Of a stretch of 64,000 nt of DNA, positions 8,913-20,800 are shown piece by piece. The notes below the pieces were generated by a model, which made no database searches, was not told the DNA's origin, and saw only the letters and a program-made list of their open reading frames with translations. How positions within the stretch are numbered: position 1 is the stretch's first letter; every line of letters starts with the position of its first letter. Origin of the DNA: Limnochordia bacterium (GTDB taxonomy: Bacteria > Bacillota > Limnochordia > DTU080); NCBI GenBank assembly GCA_050951545.1, contig JBMNJG010000004.1, forward strand, positions 1 through 64,000, in the 5' to 3' direction. The position numbers and the translations under genes were made by a program.

Positions 8913-11900
8913 GTGAGTATGTTGTGTTTCCTAGGCAGACGAAGGATGCATCCTGCAGCACAAGCTCAAGTCCGGTTACTCTGGGGGGATTACGCTGTGT
9001 CGACAAGACACCTTTGTCAACTGGCACGCAGAAGCACCACACTAAGGGCTCTATCAAGGATTCATAGCCTGCACATCACGTTGTTTTTCTCACTTTCGCT
9101 ATGCCTGGCGTTGAGTGCACCATCCACTTCAGCTGCATCTAACTTGCTGTCAAACCCCGGCTTTGAACAGCTGACCCCCAATGGCACACCCGTAGATTGG
9201 GTCATTTTCACTGGGCAGTTTGGTAATGGTATGGAGGTAGAAACTGGAGAGGCCTATGCCGGAGAAAGAGCACTGCTGTTTGACGAAATGAGCAAACCAG
9301 CAGCTGTAGGCTTGCGGAGTAACCCGATACCTGTGGTCCCAGATGCCGTATACACTGCCTCTGCCAAGGCAATGACAGAAACACAAGGCGTCAATGTCGC
9401 CTTGTATCTCGATTTCTGGGGAGCTAACCGCAAGCGCGTTGACCACAAGTTCATTCTCACCAGACGCAACAACGTCTGGGAGGATCTGCAAGTCACGATG
9501 CAGGCACCGAGGGATGCAGTCTGGGTATCAATTATCTTATATCGAACAACCAAAAACGTTGGCACACAGCGCTTTGATGATTGTTCTCTTACTATGGTGG
9601 AACTAGAAGACGGCGCCGACTTATTTGCCGACGAAGACACCCTGGATTACGGACCGGCGGACGGCGCCGTAGTGACTACCAATCCACCATCATTTATCTG
9701 GATACCTACCAGTGGCCAGGGCATCACCTACACGCTCGAGTACTCGTCCGCTGCTGGTTTTCCCGCCGCAGCAACCACGCAGATCACTGATATCGATATC
9801 AGCATCTACACTCCGGCAACTCTCTTAGACGCCAGTAAAACCTGGTACTGGCGGGTTCATGCTATGGACGCACAAGGCAATAAGCTTTCGTCCACCACAA
9901 CCCGAGCGTTCAACATTTCCGCTAAGGCCACTGCACTCCCTCTGGAACCCATGGCAGTGGTTAGGCAGAGGATACCCCAGTCGCACCCACGGCTGTATGT
10001 GACTCCCGAAACGCTTCCCGCTTGGCGCGAACGGGCCAATACGGACTCACTCATACGTGTCATCTGGCGCGACATCAATGCCAGAGCGACTTCTGCTTCT
10101 CTCAACCCACTGCCTGACGAACCGCCCAGCACTAGGCCACAGGGGGTATGGGACGTGGGCCTGTACCGAAAATCCAACTCTATTGCCAACCGTACCGCCT
10201 CCAATTTGGAGCTACTCTCCATGGCTTATCTTGTTGGGGGCGATCGGCGTATTGGCGAAGCAGCGCGCCAACTCATGCTGCGTGTGGCCTCTTGGGACCC
10301 ACATGGTGCTACCGGCGCAGCCGATAACGACGATGCGTCTCGCCCACTCCTGATCAGCCTGAGCCGTGCCTACACCTGGGCCCACGAAGCCTTATCACTG
10401 CAGGAGCGGGAAACCGTACGCAATGCGCTTCGCACCAGAGGCAATGAAGCTTTCCGGATCTTGAAGTCGGCGCCGTTTGAGAGCAAACCCTATGACAGCC
10501 ACAACGGCGGCACTATTCCATGGATGGGAGAAGTGGCCATCGCCCTCATGGGTGAGATCCCAGAGGCCGCAGAGTGGTTCGATTACGTCACCCGCATATT
10601 CTTTGCCATCTATCCACCTTGGGGCGGAGATCCAGGTGGCTGGGCGGAAGGTCCGCGCTATTGGGGCGCATCCATGAATAAGGCGTTCGACTTTGCTGAT
10701 GCTTTGAAAGCGGCCACGGGCTTGGATTTGTACCAGAAACCGTTCTTCCGCAATACAGGCACCCATCGTATGATGACGCAACCGCCTTATAGCAAAATGG
10801 GTCCATTCGGCGATTTCGCCGATGAGGGTCCCACGAAACCTACAGCTGAGGCCATGTGGCACCTAGCTACGGTCTACCAGGATCCCTACTACAAGTGGTA
10901 TGGCGAAGAGCTCGGAACCACGATTACCATGGGAGTAAGGGGATTTATTCGCGCCAATCTGTACGACCAACTGGGGTTCAAGAGCGCGCCACCGAAAGAG
11001 TATCCTACCGGTGCCTGCTACTCCGATGTGGGCTGGGCGGTTTTCCACAATCGTCTGGTAGCGCCAGTGCACGAACGGCTTCAATTCATGTTCAAGAGCA
11101 GTCCTTACGGGTCCTACAGTCATAGCATGGCTGATCAGAATTCGTTTACCTTGGAAGCCTTCGGTACGCCCTTGGCTATTTCGTCAGGTTACCGCCCTTG
11201 GTATGGCAGTGTGCATCATATGGGCTGGACCAAAACAACTCAGGCACATAACAGCATTCTGGTTGATGGATTAGGGCAACCAGTGCAATCGATGAATGCT
11301 AAAGGCGAGATACGCAGTTTCCTCAACGGGAAATCCTTCGGGTATACAGCTGGTGAAGCGAAAGAGGCCTATGCACCCGGCCTGCGGCAGTTCACTCGGC
11401 ACGTGATGTACATTCGGCCAAACCTCTATGTGCTGTTCGATGATCTAGAGTGCGATCAACCCAGAAACTACAGTTGGTTGTTCCACAGCTACCAACCGCT
11501 GCAGATCGACCAGCCCAATCATCGGCTCTTCCTAGACGCGAATACAGCCACCCTGGATATGCTCCTGTGGAGTAGCAGTGCCCTGACTTACAGCCAGACT
11601 GACCAGTTTGCCGTGCCGTTGGACGAGCCCATGAACAAGCCAGTGCAATGGCACCTAACCGCTACTACGAAAGAGAAACAAAACAAGGCCTATTTCTTGG
11701 CCGTGTTGGCTCCAGCTCCGAAAGGCCAGCAAAGACAGTTCAAATCGACACTGCTAACAACCACCGCGGGTGAAGGTGTGCTGCTCGAAGAGGGTAATGA
11801 ACAGACTGTAGCCTTGTTCCGCCGCTCAGAAGGTAGCTTGGCTGCACAAGGACTTTACACTGATGGTGAAGCTGCAGCGTGGCACCGAGGTGCTGATGAT

Positions 11901-12200
11901 GTACAAGGTTTGCTCATGGTCAACGGCCGATCGTGGCAAAGCAGTGCTGGGATCAACCTTACCGCTTCTGTTCCCATAGATTGCGAGATGACCGTGAACA
12001 GCGCTGATGTAGTAGGAAGCATTGCCTACCCAGCGGTGCCTGGTACGCAGTCGTTTACAGTGACCATGGCATTACCTGAGCGGGTAGTTGATACCGTGAC
12101 TTCGTCAGGTGAAGTGTTAGGGTGGCACTTCGCTGACGATACGCTCACTTTGGAGTTGAGCCCGGGCGAGCATCAGCTAACCCTGGCTTTGAGGCAGTAG
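8913..12200 (+). CDS. Secreted DUF4962 + heparinase II/III-like polysaccharide lyase with N-terminal carbohydrate-binding module; true start probably near 8997
   Basis: Signal peptide then NLLSNPGFE (CBM-like), HPRL, WAEGPRYW, SSPYGSYSHSMADQNSF, AHNSILVDG. Confidence 0.8.
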   Translation: MSMLCFLGRRRMHPAAQAQVRLLWGDYAVSTRHLCQLARRSTTLRALSRIHSLHITLFFSLSLCLALSAPSTSAASNLLSNPGFEQLTPNGTPVDWVIFTGQFGNGMEVETGEAYAGERALLFDEMSKPAAVGLRSNPIPVVPDAVYTASAKAMTETQGVNVALYLDFWGANRKRVDHKFILTRRNNVWEDLQVTMQAPRDAVWVSIILYRTTKNVGTQRFDDCSLTMVELEDGADLFADEDTLDYGPADGAVVTTNPPSFIWIPTSGQGITYTLEYSSAAGFPAAATTQITDIDISIYTPATLLDASKTWYWRVHAMDAQGNKLSSTTTRAFNISAKATALPLEPMAVVRQRIPQSHPRLYVTPETLPAWRERANTDSLIRVIWRDINARATSASLNPLPDEPPSTRPQGVWDVGLYRKSNSIANRTASNLELLSMAYLVGGDRRIGEAARQLMLRVASWDPHGATGAADNDDASRPLLISLSRAYTWAHEALSLQERETVRNALRTRGNEAFRILKSAPFESKPYDSHNGGTIPWMGEVAIALMGEIPEAAEWFDYVTRIFFAIYPPWGGDPGGWAEGPRYWGASMNKAFDFADALKAATGLDLYQKPFFRNTGTHRMMTQPPYSKMGPFGDFADEGPTKPTAEAMWHLATVYQDPYYKWYGEELGTTITMGVRGFIRANLYDQLGFKSAPPKEYPTGACYSDVGWAVFHNRLVAPVHERLQFMFKSSPYGSYSHSMADQNSFTLEAFGTPLAISSGYRPWYGSVHHMGWTKTTQAHNSILVDGLGQPVQSMNAKGEIRSFLNGKSFGYTAGEAKEAYAPGLRQFTRHVMYIRPNLYVLFDDLECDQPRNYSWLFHSYQPLQIDQPNHRLFLDANTATLDMLLWSSSALTYSQTDQFAVPLDEPMNKPVQWHLTATTKEKQNKAYFLAVLAPAPKGQQRQFKSTLLTTTAGEGVLLEEGNEQTVALFRRSEGSLAAQGLYTDGEAAAWHRGADDVQGLLMVNGRSWQSSAGINLTASVPIDCEMTVNSADVVGSIAYPAVPGTQSFTVTMALPERVVDTVTSSGEVLGWHFADDTLTLELSPGEHQLTLALRQ

Positions 12201-13741
12201 CCGCCCTCCAATGGAACGCCTTCAATCACAACGGTGTTCAGTTCGCTCTCCCGCAGTATCTGGGTACAGTCGCCATGTACTACAATGTAGACATGTTCGA
12301 CGCTCAGGGGCTGGCCCGGCCATCACCCTCACTCACTGAGAACTGCATGGGTTGGAGCGAGTTTGAGAGCCTGGTTAAGCGGTTGACCAGAGATATTAAC
12401 GGCGATGGCATTATCGATGTGTACGGGTTCGAGAAGACCTTTAACGCCAACCGCGTCCACTTCTGGATGATCCCCGCGGGGGCCGAGATCTACGCCAATG
12501 GAGATAACTCCCGTAGTGCTCTCAACAGCGAGGCCGCGGTCAAAGGTATGGAGTTCTTGCAGCATTTGCGCTGGAATGTGGGCGGTATTGCCCCGCCCGG
12601 TGTTTCGGCATCATGGGGAGCTGGTAAGTCAGCGATCATGGAGGACGGTTCGTGGCGGCTAGCCTCGACCTTAGGCGTCAAGCAGGATGGCTCGCCTAAA
12701 ATGCCCTTCACCTGGAACGTGTTTCCCATGCCTCTAGGACCAGCTGGCGTGAGAGCTACCATGGCCAATATTGACGGGTACGCCATCAACCGCAACACGA
12801 AGTGTCTGCCCGAAGCGTACGCCTTGGCTAAGTTCCTGGCGGGGCCTGAGGCTAATGCCATCAAAGCTAAGTATGTGGCCCTGCAACCGGCGAATAGGCG
12901 GGTAGTGCCGGAGTATATCCGTCTGATGCGCTCACTGAATCGCGATCTATACGAGGTCGACGTCCACGTCTTCACCGATGCCGGCCCATACGCCTACCCA
13001 CAGCCTTTGTACTCAAACCAGGAGGCGGCCTCCTCACTGATCGGTGACTTGGTGACTCGCATTATCGACCGTAACCAGCCAGCCCGCTCAGTGTGGATGG
13101 AGGGCATAGAGCGCCTCAATCGCATACTGGCCACAGTAATCCAGCATATCGACATCTCCATGCCCGAGCCGCTGTCCTGGAGCGGTGCGAAGTGGAGTCG
13201 GCAGGATCTCAACGTGGACGTAGCTGGGAGCGCTGTGGTGAAGGATGGCAAGCTCTATCTGTCGGCTGCAGGTGCAGATATCTGGGGAAGCAAAGACGGC
13301 TTCGGCTTCGTACACCAAAAAGTAAAGGGCAACTTCACGGCTTCCGTACGACTCCATCGGGCGCCAGTGGGTGATAGTTGGGCTAAGGCTGGTCTCATGG
13401 TGCGGGCGGCCCTCGATGCCAGTGCACCGCATGTCACGGCGATGGGTACTGGGGCCAACGGCATCATCACCCAGTACCGCCTGGAAAGCATGGGATCATC
13501 GGTCAGCGCCGGAGGGCGGCAGACAAAATGGAAGAATGGCGACCCCGTCTACCTGAAAATGGTACGCCGAGGTACAGAAGTGCTCACCTACTGGTCTGCT
13601 GACGGCGAGAAATGGACGGTTTTTGACCGGGTCCGACTGCATCTGGGTGATGAGGTGTATGTAGGTCCCGCGGTGACATCGCACCTTGGGGCGGAGCTTG
13701 GGGAAGCGATCTTCTCCGACTGGGAGTTGGTAGTGGACTAG
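12200..13741 (+). pseudogene. 5'-truncated family-1 solute-binding protein fused to a C-terminal ConA-like (DUF1349-type) domain
   Basis: Frame reads QWNAFNHNGVQFALPQYLGTVAMYYN directly after the upstream stop with no signal peptide or RBS; C-terminus GADIWG...WAKAGLMVR...VYVGPAVTSH. Confidence 0.7.
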
Positions 13742-13812
13742 TCTGTTGAAGGCATGGCGGGGCCCAACCGGGCCTCGCACCTGGCCGCGGAGAAGTGAGG
13801 GAGGCCGCTTGG

Positions 13813-14724
13813 ATGGTGAGAATCGCTTCAAATGGGGCTTTATGGCTCTTTGTTCTGGTAGTGCTGTTGGGTCTGGCTTGGCTGAGTACCTGCCTTGTGT
13901 GGGCTGCGGAGAAGACGGAAACCGATACCAGCCGCCTTAAGCTCATGACCTTCAATCTGCGCGTGGAGACTTCGAGCGACGGGGTCAACGCTTGGCTGTA
14001 TCGCCGAGATGCCGTGGCCAAGCTCATTCGCACCGCTGCTCCGGCAGTTATGGGCACACAAGAGGGCACCTACTTTATGCTCTGGGACCTCGAGGATCGC
14101 CTACCAGAGTATAAGTGGGTGGGCGTCGGGCGTGATGGCGGTCGGCAAGGCGAGTATATGGCCATCTTCTATCGCCCAGAGGTGCTGGATGCTCTCGACT
14201 CCGGTAGCTTCTGGCTTAGCTATCAACCCGATGTACCTGGTAGTCGGTTTCCGGGGGTAAATCACGCCCGCATGGCCACCTGGGTGCACTTCCGTGTGAG
14301 AGACACGGGCCAGGAGTTTGTTGTGTACAACACCCATCTCGACCACCAGAGTCAACCAGGGCGTGAGTACGGAGCGCAATTCTTGCGACAGGACATCGCA
14401 CAACGACGCACTGTCGGGCAACTACCCGTGGCTGTGATGGGCGACATGAATTGCCCGAGTAGTAATCCGGCCATGCAGCTTCTCGCCGCAGATGCCACAT
14501 CGGGCAACGGGCTGAGGAACGTGGAAGAGTGGGCTCGCGCCCACGATCTCCGGGTCGGAGCCACCTTTCATGGTTTCCGGGGTAGTATCGCCGGGGAGCC
14601 TATCGATCACATCTTCGTCAGCTCTGAGTGGAGCATCGAGGGGTATGAGATCATGATTGATCTGGTGGATGAGCGCTATCCCTCCGACCACTACCCGGTA
14701 GTCGTGGAGCTGGCTTTGCCGTAG
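13813..14724 (+). CDS. Exported endonuclease/exonuclease/phosphatase family protein
   Basis: MTFNLR, GTQE, NTHLDH, GDMN, IDHIF, SDHYPV; hydrophobic N-terminus. Confidence 0.9.
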   Translation: MVRIASNGALWLFVLVVLLGLAWLSTCLVWAAEKTETDTSRLKLMTFNLRVETSSDGVNAWLYRRDAVAKLIRTAAPAVMGTQEGTYFMLWDLEDRLPEYKWVGVGRDGGRQGEYMAIFYRPEVLDALDSGSFWLSYQPDVPGSRFPGVNHARMATWVHFRVRDTGQEFVVYNTHLDHQSQPGREYGAQFLRQDIAQRRTVGQLPVAVMGDMNCPSSNPAMQLLAADATSGNGLRNVEEWARAHDLRVGATFHGFRGSIAGEPIDHIFVSSEWSIEGYEIMIDLVDERYPSDHYPVVVELALP

Positions 14725-14795
14725 GGAGAGCTGCAAGACGCGTTGATGGTGCATCGAATATCTGGGCAGTTTGGCATTTGTCCGAGTCGGCTTTG

Positions 14796-14817
14796 GGCCC
14801 CTAAGAAACTAGGGGCC
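14796..14817. terminator. Hairpin between convergent genes
   Basis: GGCCCCTA-AGAAAC-TAGGGGCC. Confidence 0.5.
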
Positions 14818-14829
14818 TCTGCCATTTTG

Positions 14830-17598
14830 TTACTGCGCCTTGAGAAACCTCACATTGCGAATCTCGATAGTACTTGGGGTACCAGTGCGCATCATGTTCA
14901 GGCGGGTGAGGGTGCTTGGTACCTCAAACTCATACTCCTGCCAGGCACTGCCTAGCTGGATTGTTTTAGGTACCACACCATCACGGTGGGTGGCGCGTAC
15001 ATCTACAGCCTGGGGGGTCGGTTGCGTAGAACGACCTTCGAATCGTAGGCCCCAATAGCCCTCATCCGGGTCGATGTCAAAGGTGACGCCGCTTATTTCA
15101 TTAGAGAACTTCAGCTGAGCACCATCGCTAGTATTGGCCGAAGTGACCCCGATCCTAAGGGTGGCAGTCGACCACAACTGGCCCCAGTCCACTCTAACTT
15201 CTGCTTCTGGTGTCAAGACAGCCTCGATCTCCAACGGACTCTTCGGAGGCAACGTTACGTCCTGAGTCCATGTCCGGAAACCATCTTTTCGCACGGATAA
15301 CGTCAGGTTGTTGACGTATATGCCGTCAGCAGTGACTCGGCCCGCTTGATCAGCGACGGCCTGAGTGACCCCGGTCGACATGATCGCACCGGGAATCGGG
15401 GTGCCATCCTGACGGATGACCCGAGTCACGATGCGGCCGGGCTCACCCGCGGCGTCAGGCCCGCCAGATCGGATTCCAGCAGCAAAGTCCTGGGACGTGG
15501 CTAGCTTCCAGCGCTTGCCGCCATCCCCCGACATGATCAGCGCTCGGTACTGGTATACCGGGGTGTCAAAGGTGTAGGGGCTGACATTGGTGCGGAAGTT
15601 ATACGAAAGGAACAGCCGTCCCTCTCGATCCTGGGTGAGTTTGTGGTAAAAGATGCTGTAGGTTGTCGTTGGGGGAACCACCAGCAAAGTGGGTGAACTC
15701 CAAGATTGGCCAACAGGTTTCTGTTGGTAGGAAAGTGCGCCATACAGGCGGCCGTTGAAGTAGCTGTCAACGCTCTCCCTCCACTGCCGGAAAGCGATGT
15801 GCAGAGTGTCATTGCTATCCGCTAGAAAGGCCAGATAGGTTTGTCGACCTCGCTCAGCACCTGAGGCGGATTTGGCTCCAGTTTGAAGCACTGGGACCGG
15901 ATTGGTCCACCCAGCACCTGTGCTGTTGGGAGCCAACGACTGCGCATAGTGGAAGTTGGCCCCGTGTGAGCCGGTGATCACATGGAGGTAGCCTTTGCTG
16001 TCTATGACGATGCCCGGGGTGTTGTGCGAATCATTAGCTGGGGGTGCATAGGCGATGAACTGCTTGTCGACCACTTGGTCGCCTTGCAGATCGTAGGTGG
16101 CGACATAAGTGGGCGCACCCGGGACAGCATCCTTTGGGTCCCGCGCCTCGGCCCAAGTGATAAACGCTTTGTCACCGCTCGAAACAGCGAAGGAGGCACC
16201 ACCCGAATGCTGCGATGGAGGGAGGCTGTCTCTCGTCACCAGAGCGGGCTCACGGAAGATCAACTGACCATCCTTCTTCTCGGGCTGGAGGACGTACAGA
16301 TCATAGTAACCAGCATAGGTGGCCGGATGGGCGGCCCGGAAGGTGTAAAGGCCAATCAGCGGAGGCCTGGTCAAGCTATTGTGGCCGACCCAGTGCTCGA
16401 TAGCAGGTGTCCCGGCCGGAAGCTCGTAGACGCTGAAGGTGCGACCATAGTCCGTGGAGTAAAGCAAAACATTGCGTTGGCCACGATCGGTGAGTTGTAT
16501 TCCTACAATGGTGTAGAGATGGTCGGCTGCATCAAACACTACCTGAGCACCGTTCCATCCACCGCCCCTGATGAATCTGGCAAAAGTGGGGTAGGCAGCA
16601 CGTACCGCTGCTGTGAAGTCTAACTCCACCCAACGGTTGCCGCGCATGGTGTGGATAAACCCGGTCTCATCGAGGTCGTCGGTGCGGTAGCGGATGTAGG
16701 GTCGATTGTAGCCATCAAACGAAACCTCATTCCGGGTGTACCAAGGATAGTAGCTGAACTGGACCTCTTCATGACTGAAGGCGGTATTCACAATCGGGAA
16801 CTTGACATACCCGGCTCTCTCTTGCTCCGTGAGCGGGGCTCTGCTGACTGACTCCGATGTGATTGCTTCGAAAGCTACAGCCACCCCAATGTGGAGCTGA
16901 TTTCTGATCCAGGCGCGGCCGTTGCCATGGCCGGAGATTACAAAGCCATTCTCAGGAATCTCGAACAAGTCTGCGTTCTGGTAGTTCCGGATGGCCGCTA
17001 CCTTGCCATCAACTATCGCTGCTTCCATGCCCCACTCATTGGTGAGGGTGTGTGTACCGAAATCCGGGGTGTAGATCACCAGCTCGTCTGTGCCGCGGGC
17101 CTTGTTGATCGAGGAAATGGGAATGGAAGCACCATCTTCGACAAACACCTTGGTCGGTTCTGGATCCCAGACAAGGCGCTCCCTGTTGATCACCTTGACT
17201 GTATCTCGCACTTCAAATCCCGACAGGAAGCGGGAGCCGATGCCTGAGCCCACCAACAGGTACCCATCCGCGGGAACGGAAGGGACGGCCATGGACTGGT
17301 TGGCGCCGCCGAGAACCTGTGCTACCTGATCATTGACGATCACCACGATGGTGCTGGGGGTACTGCCTAGCTTTACAGTTTCCTCGAAGTCAGGAGTGAT
17401 CTGTACAAGCCGCACTCCATAGTCGGGCATGGTACCGTCTTCGACAATGTCGGTTCCGGTAAGGGCTAGTCTCACACCGTCCGGGCGGACGATCTGCTGT
17501 AGTTGGCTGCCACCAGCCATGGTGCTCGACGCGATGACTGCCATGAAACAAAGGACCAACGCTAACACAAACCCTGTTTTTCTCCACATGGGCATCAC
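14830..17598 (-). CDS. Secreted BNR-4 repeat (beta-propeller) protein, putative glycan-active enzyme
   Basis: Signal peptide; Asp-boxes YSTDYGRTF and SGDGGKRW; NDSHNTPGIVIDSKGYLHV; C-terminal beta-sandwich domains. Confidence 0.7.
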   Translation of the reverse strand: MMPMWRKTGFVLALVLCFMAVIASSTMAGGSQLQQIVRPDGVRLALTGTDIVEDGTMPDYGVRLVQITPDFEETVKLGSTPSTIVVIVNDQVAQVLGGANQSMAVPSVPADGYLLVGSGIGSRFLSGFEVRDTVKVINRERLVWDPEPTKVFVEDGASIPISSINKARGTDELVIYTPDFGTHTLTNEWGMEAAIVDGKVAAIRNYQNADLFEIPENGFVISGHGNGRAWIRNQLHIGVAVAFEAITSESVSRAPLTEQERAGYVKFPIVNTAFSHEEVQFSYYPWYTRNEVSFDGYNRPYIRYRTDDLDETGFIHTMRGNRWVELDFTAAVRAAYPTFARFIRGGGWNGAQVVFDAADHLYTIVGIQLTDRGQRNVLLYSTDYGRTFSVYELPAGTPAIEHWVGHNSLTRPPLIGLYTFRAAHPATYAGYYDLYVLQPEKKDGQLIFREPALVTRDSLPPSQHSGGASFAVSSGDKAFITWAEARDPKDAVPGAPTYVATYDLQGDQVVDKQFIAYAPPANDSHNTPGIVIDSKGYLHVITGSHGANFHYAQSLAPNSTGAGWTNPVPVLQTGAKSASGAERGRQTYLAFLADSNDTLHIAFRQWRESVDSYFNGRLYGALSYQQKPVGQSWSSPTLLVVPPTTTYSIFYHKLTQDREGRLFLSYNFRTNVSPYTFDTPVYQYRALIMSGDGGKRWKLATSQDFAAGIRSGGPDAAGEPGRIVTRVIRQDGTPIPGAIMSTGVTQAVADQAGRVTADGIYVNNLTLSVRKDGFRTWTQDVTLPPKSPLEIEAVLTPEAEVRVDWGQLWSTATLRIGVTSANTSDGAQLKFSNEISGVTFDIDPDEGYWGLRFEGRSTQPTPQAVDVRATHRDGVVPKTIQLGSAWQEYEFEVPSTLTRLNMMRTGTPSTIEIRNVRFLKAQ

Positions 17599-17883
17599 TC
17601 CATTCTCTACGAAGAACTACGTGCTACAGGCGATTACTCCTGTCGGATCCTAGCGCGGGAATAAGCTGAGGGCGGTTTCGCCATTTAGATCGCAAGTCAC
17701 ATACGGACCAGCTGACAACGATGACGAAGAGGACGTGATACCTCAGAGGACTATTAGTGAGAGAATGGCAGGAAATAGAGAACCCGAGCGAAACGAGTAG
17801 GGAGTACGCGTCTGGGCGGCCCACTAGGTGTCGAGGTCGTGGCGGCCACCGCTGATTTCGGATGAAATTGGAGGTTCTGGTGT

Positions 17884-20800
17884 ATGAGTCGTTTACTCAA
17901 ATCTCGATCGCTGCAATGTGTCTGGTTCGCTGCCTTGGCTCTTCTGCTTGCCATGGGTCCCCCTCAGGCGTCTGCCCAGGAGCGCGCAGTTGCCTCCGTG
18001 CCGAACAGGGTTCTGTTCGTCGGACCAGGGAGTAGTAGCCAGTATATCGCTCTGCAGAAACTCGAACTGGATGCAGAGGTTACGCTGGCGAAAGAGGACG
18101 AGCTTGAGCATCTCAACCTCTTTTCGTATGGGACCATCTTCTTGTCGAGTTTCCCCAACCGGGATTTCTTGGCCACCGAACCAACCTATTCGCGGCTTTT
18201 TCAAGCCATAGAACGAGGGGCCGTGTTAGTTGGTTTTCGCAGCTACGGTGGGGGGCTGTCACCTTCTCAGGACGTATGGCTTCCTTCTCCAGCCACGAAA
18301 GATGGCGCTTATAGGGTAGGCGAGATCCTCAAGCCTGAACACCCGATCTTCAACCAGCCGCATGAGATCACTCTGGAGACGCTCACCAGAGTGCACTCCG
18401 GCGTCATGTACCACCCCTATGTCAACCTAGGGGAAGGCTGGACTCCTCTTGTGGCTGGCGATGACTTGATGCCGTTCTTCCGCAACGAGACTGGCGTCCC
18501 GCCTTATGATGGGCAGCCTCACTACGGGATCATGGAGTACCCTTATGGCAAGGGCCGCATCCTTCTAGTCCAGATGATCCCAGATCATCAATGGATCAAC
18601 AACGATGGCGGCCGGTACGAGTCTGTCGGTCGACTCTTTATGGAGAATATCGTTCACTACGCGCTAGCGAGTAGCTGCACGGTGGTTCGCGGTGAGCTCG
18701 AGATCCCCGCGGCGTACGAAGAAGGTGGCTTGGGCGCAGTGCTCTCGTGGGTCGAGCGTCCAGCCACTGCGCAGATGACCCTTGACCTGTGGCAGACCGG
18801 CAGGGAAGGGGATTTCCTAATCAAGTGGGACGACCGTGACATCGTGACGATCCGCCATGATGACGTCCCCGCCACAGCAGGTAACCATGCGCAACTCAGA
18901 CGCGCCTTTCCCCTACAGAGGGAAGCGGACGGCGCCACGCTACTGACCTTCTATCTCGCCGACGACTACCGTGGTGGCATGGACCGTTTTTTCGAAGGCG
19001 ATCGTCAGGTTGGCGAGGCGGCAAACCTGAAGGCAGGGCACCGCTTTGTGGAGATCGCACTCGATGGGGAGAAGATATGGGAGGAAGACGTCCTCGGGCC
19101 AAACCCCTATCCGTGGCCACATCGCCTGCGCACAGTGGATGTCACCGAGTGGGTGCGAGACAAAGACCAGGTGGAAGTGAGCATCGCTGTCGTGGATCGG
19201 CAGACCACCGAGGACCCCTTCTGGACGGAGGTGTTTGTGAGTCGGGTGGCTTTCTTGGAGGGGATACCGGCCATAGAGGGGTCGGGTAGCGTCAGTATTC
19301 CCGCTGATGGTCAGTACCTTCCGGCGGTCAAGGTTACTGACGCACCGGGTAAGAGAAGCCGCCTTGCACTGCATCGTGGTGGGGAGGGGCTGCTCAGCCT
19401 TGTCTTGTCAGCGGATGACTTGCGGGAGCATTGGGCTATCGGTGAACTGGTGCCATTGGAGGCTGGCGAGCGGGTCACTATGATGTTTGATTCGGATCAA
19501 GCAGGCACCAATGAAGAGGGTGTGCACAAAGCTTACCTGCTTCCTGCAGCGTACCTGGCTGGACCAGATCCTGAGCTGGCGGATGTACGCTCTTGGTTCC
19601 CAAGCGACGCTCTGACAGAGCGCGTCGTGCTGCGAGTGAAAGGCCCGGAGGGCGTCAACCGCGTGGCTCCGGTTTCTCACGGCATTCCGCTAGCTCAAGG
19701 TAGCCTGGGTGCCGATCAGCTCGATCGCTTGCGGCTGACCGACGCAGAGGGGCGGCCTGTTCCCGTGCAGGCGAGGTCTCTTGCCAGGTGGCCCGACGAA
19801 TCTGTTAAGTGGGTGCTCCTGTCCTTCGTGGGCCAGCCCGGTGACTACGTGCTGCAGATCGAGAAAGAGGGCCAGCCATCCTCTACCCGCCGCCTGGTCG
19901 AGGTGCTTGGAGACCACCGTTTCCGTGTGGATACGGGTCGGTTGCGCTTGGTGCTCGATGTAAGTGGCGCACCTAAGATTGCTCATGCCTTCATCGATGG
20001 GAAAGCCCTACACGTTGAGGGGATGGATTTCGGCCTTGCCTACGCAGATGGGCGCCAGCTCTCCCTGACAGATTCTCAGATCGAGGATGCCCGGCTTCTG
20101 GAGAACGGAAGCGAACGCGCTGTTCTGTGGGCGCGTGGGCATTATGTGCTCGATAACCGGCCCGATCTGGAGTTCACCCTGCAGTGGCGTTTCTACCGCG
20201 GCCAGCCTCTGGCGTGGGTGGATGCGACTTTCACTAACCGGCTCGGCAGGAAGGTGGAACTGAAGGATATTCGGTTTCGTGTGACAGGAGCTCTTGGCGA
20301 CATCCTCGGGGTTCCCGCTGAGAGCGGGGCGCAGATCAACCGATTCCCTGTGCCTGAACCTGCGGAAGCAAGTGGCGCCCGCTGGTCTTTAGTTCAGCCC
20401 AATGAGAATGGGTTTGGAGTGTATGAGGGCGGACAACAGACGGAGAGGGGGAGGCGTTTCCCTGGGTGGGTAACGCTTCAAGATAGTGTTCCGGTCGACG
20501 ACATCACCTTCTTTGCGGGTGTAAGGCACTTCTGGGAGCAGTATCCGAAATCGCTTGGGGTCACCGAGAGCGGACTCGAGTTTGGTCTGTGGGCGGAAGA
20601 GACTGGCCAGATTCTTGAGGTAGCCGATGGCTTCCAGAAAACGCACGAACTGGTCTTTGGATGGCTTGAGACCGATGAAGTCAGGGAGGCGGGTGCGCTG
20701 CTTTTCCAGCCATATGTGCTCGCCTTTGATCCCGAGTATCTCGCTGGTACGCGTGCCTTGGGAGTTGTCGCCTTGCCATCGACAGAGGAATTCCCAGCCT

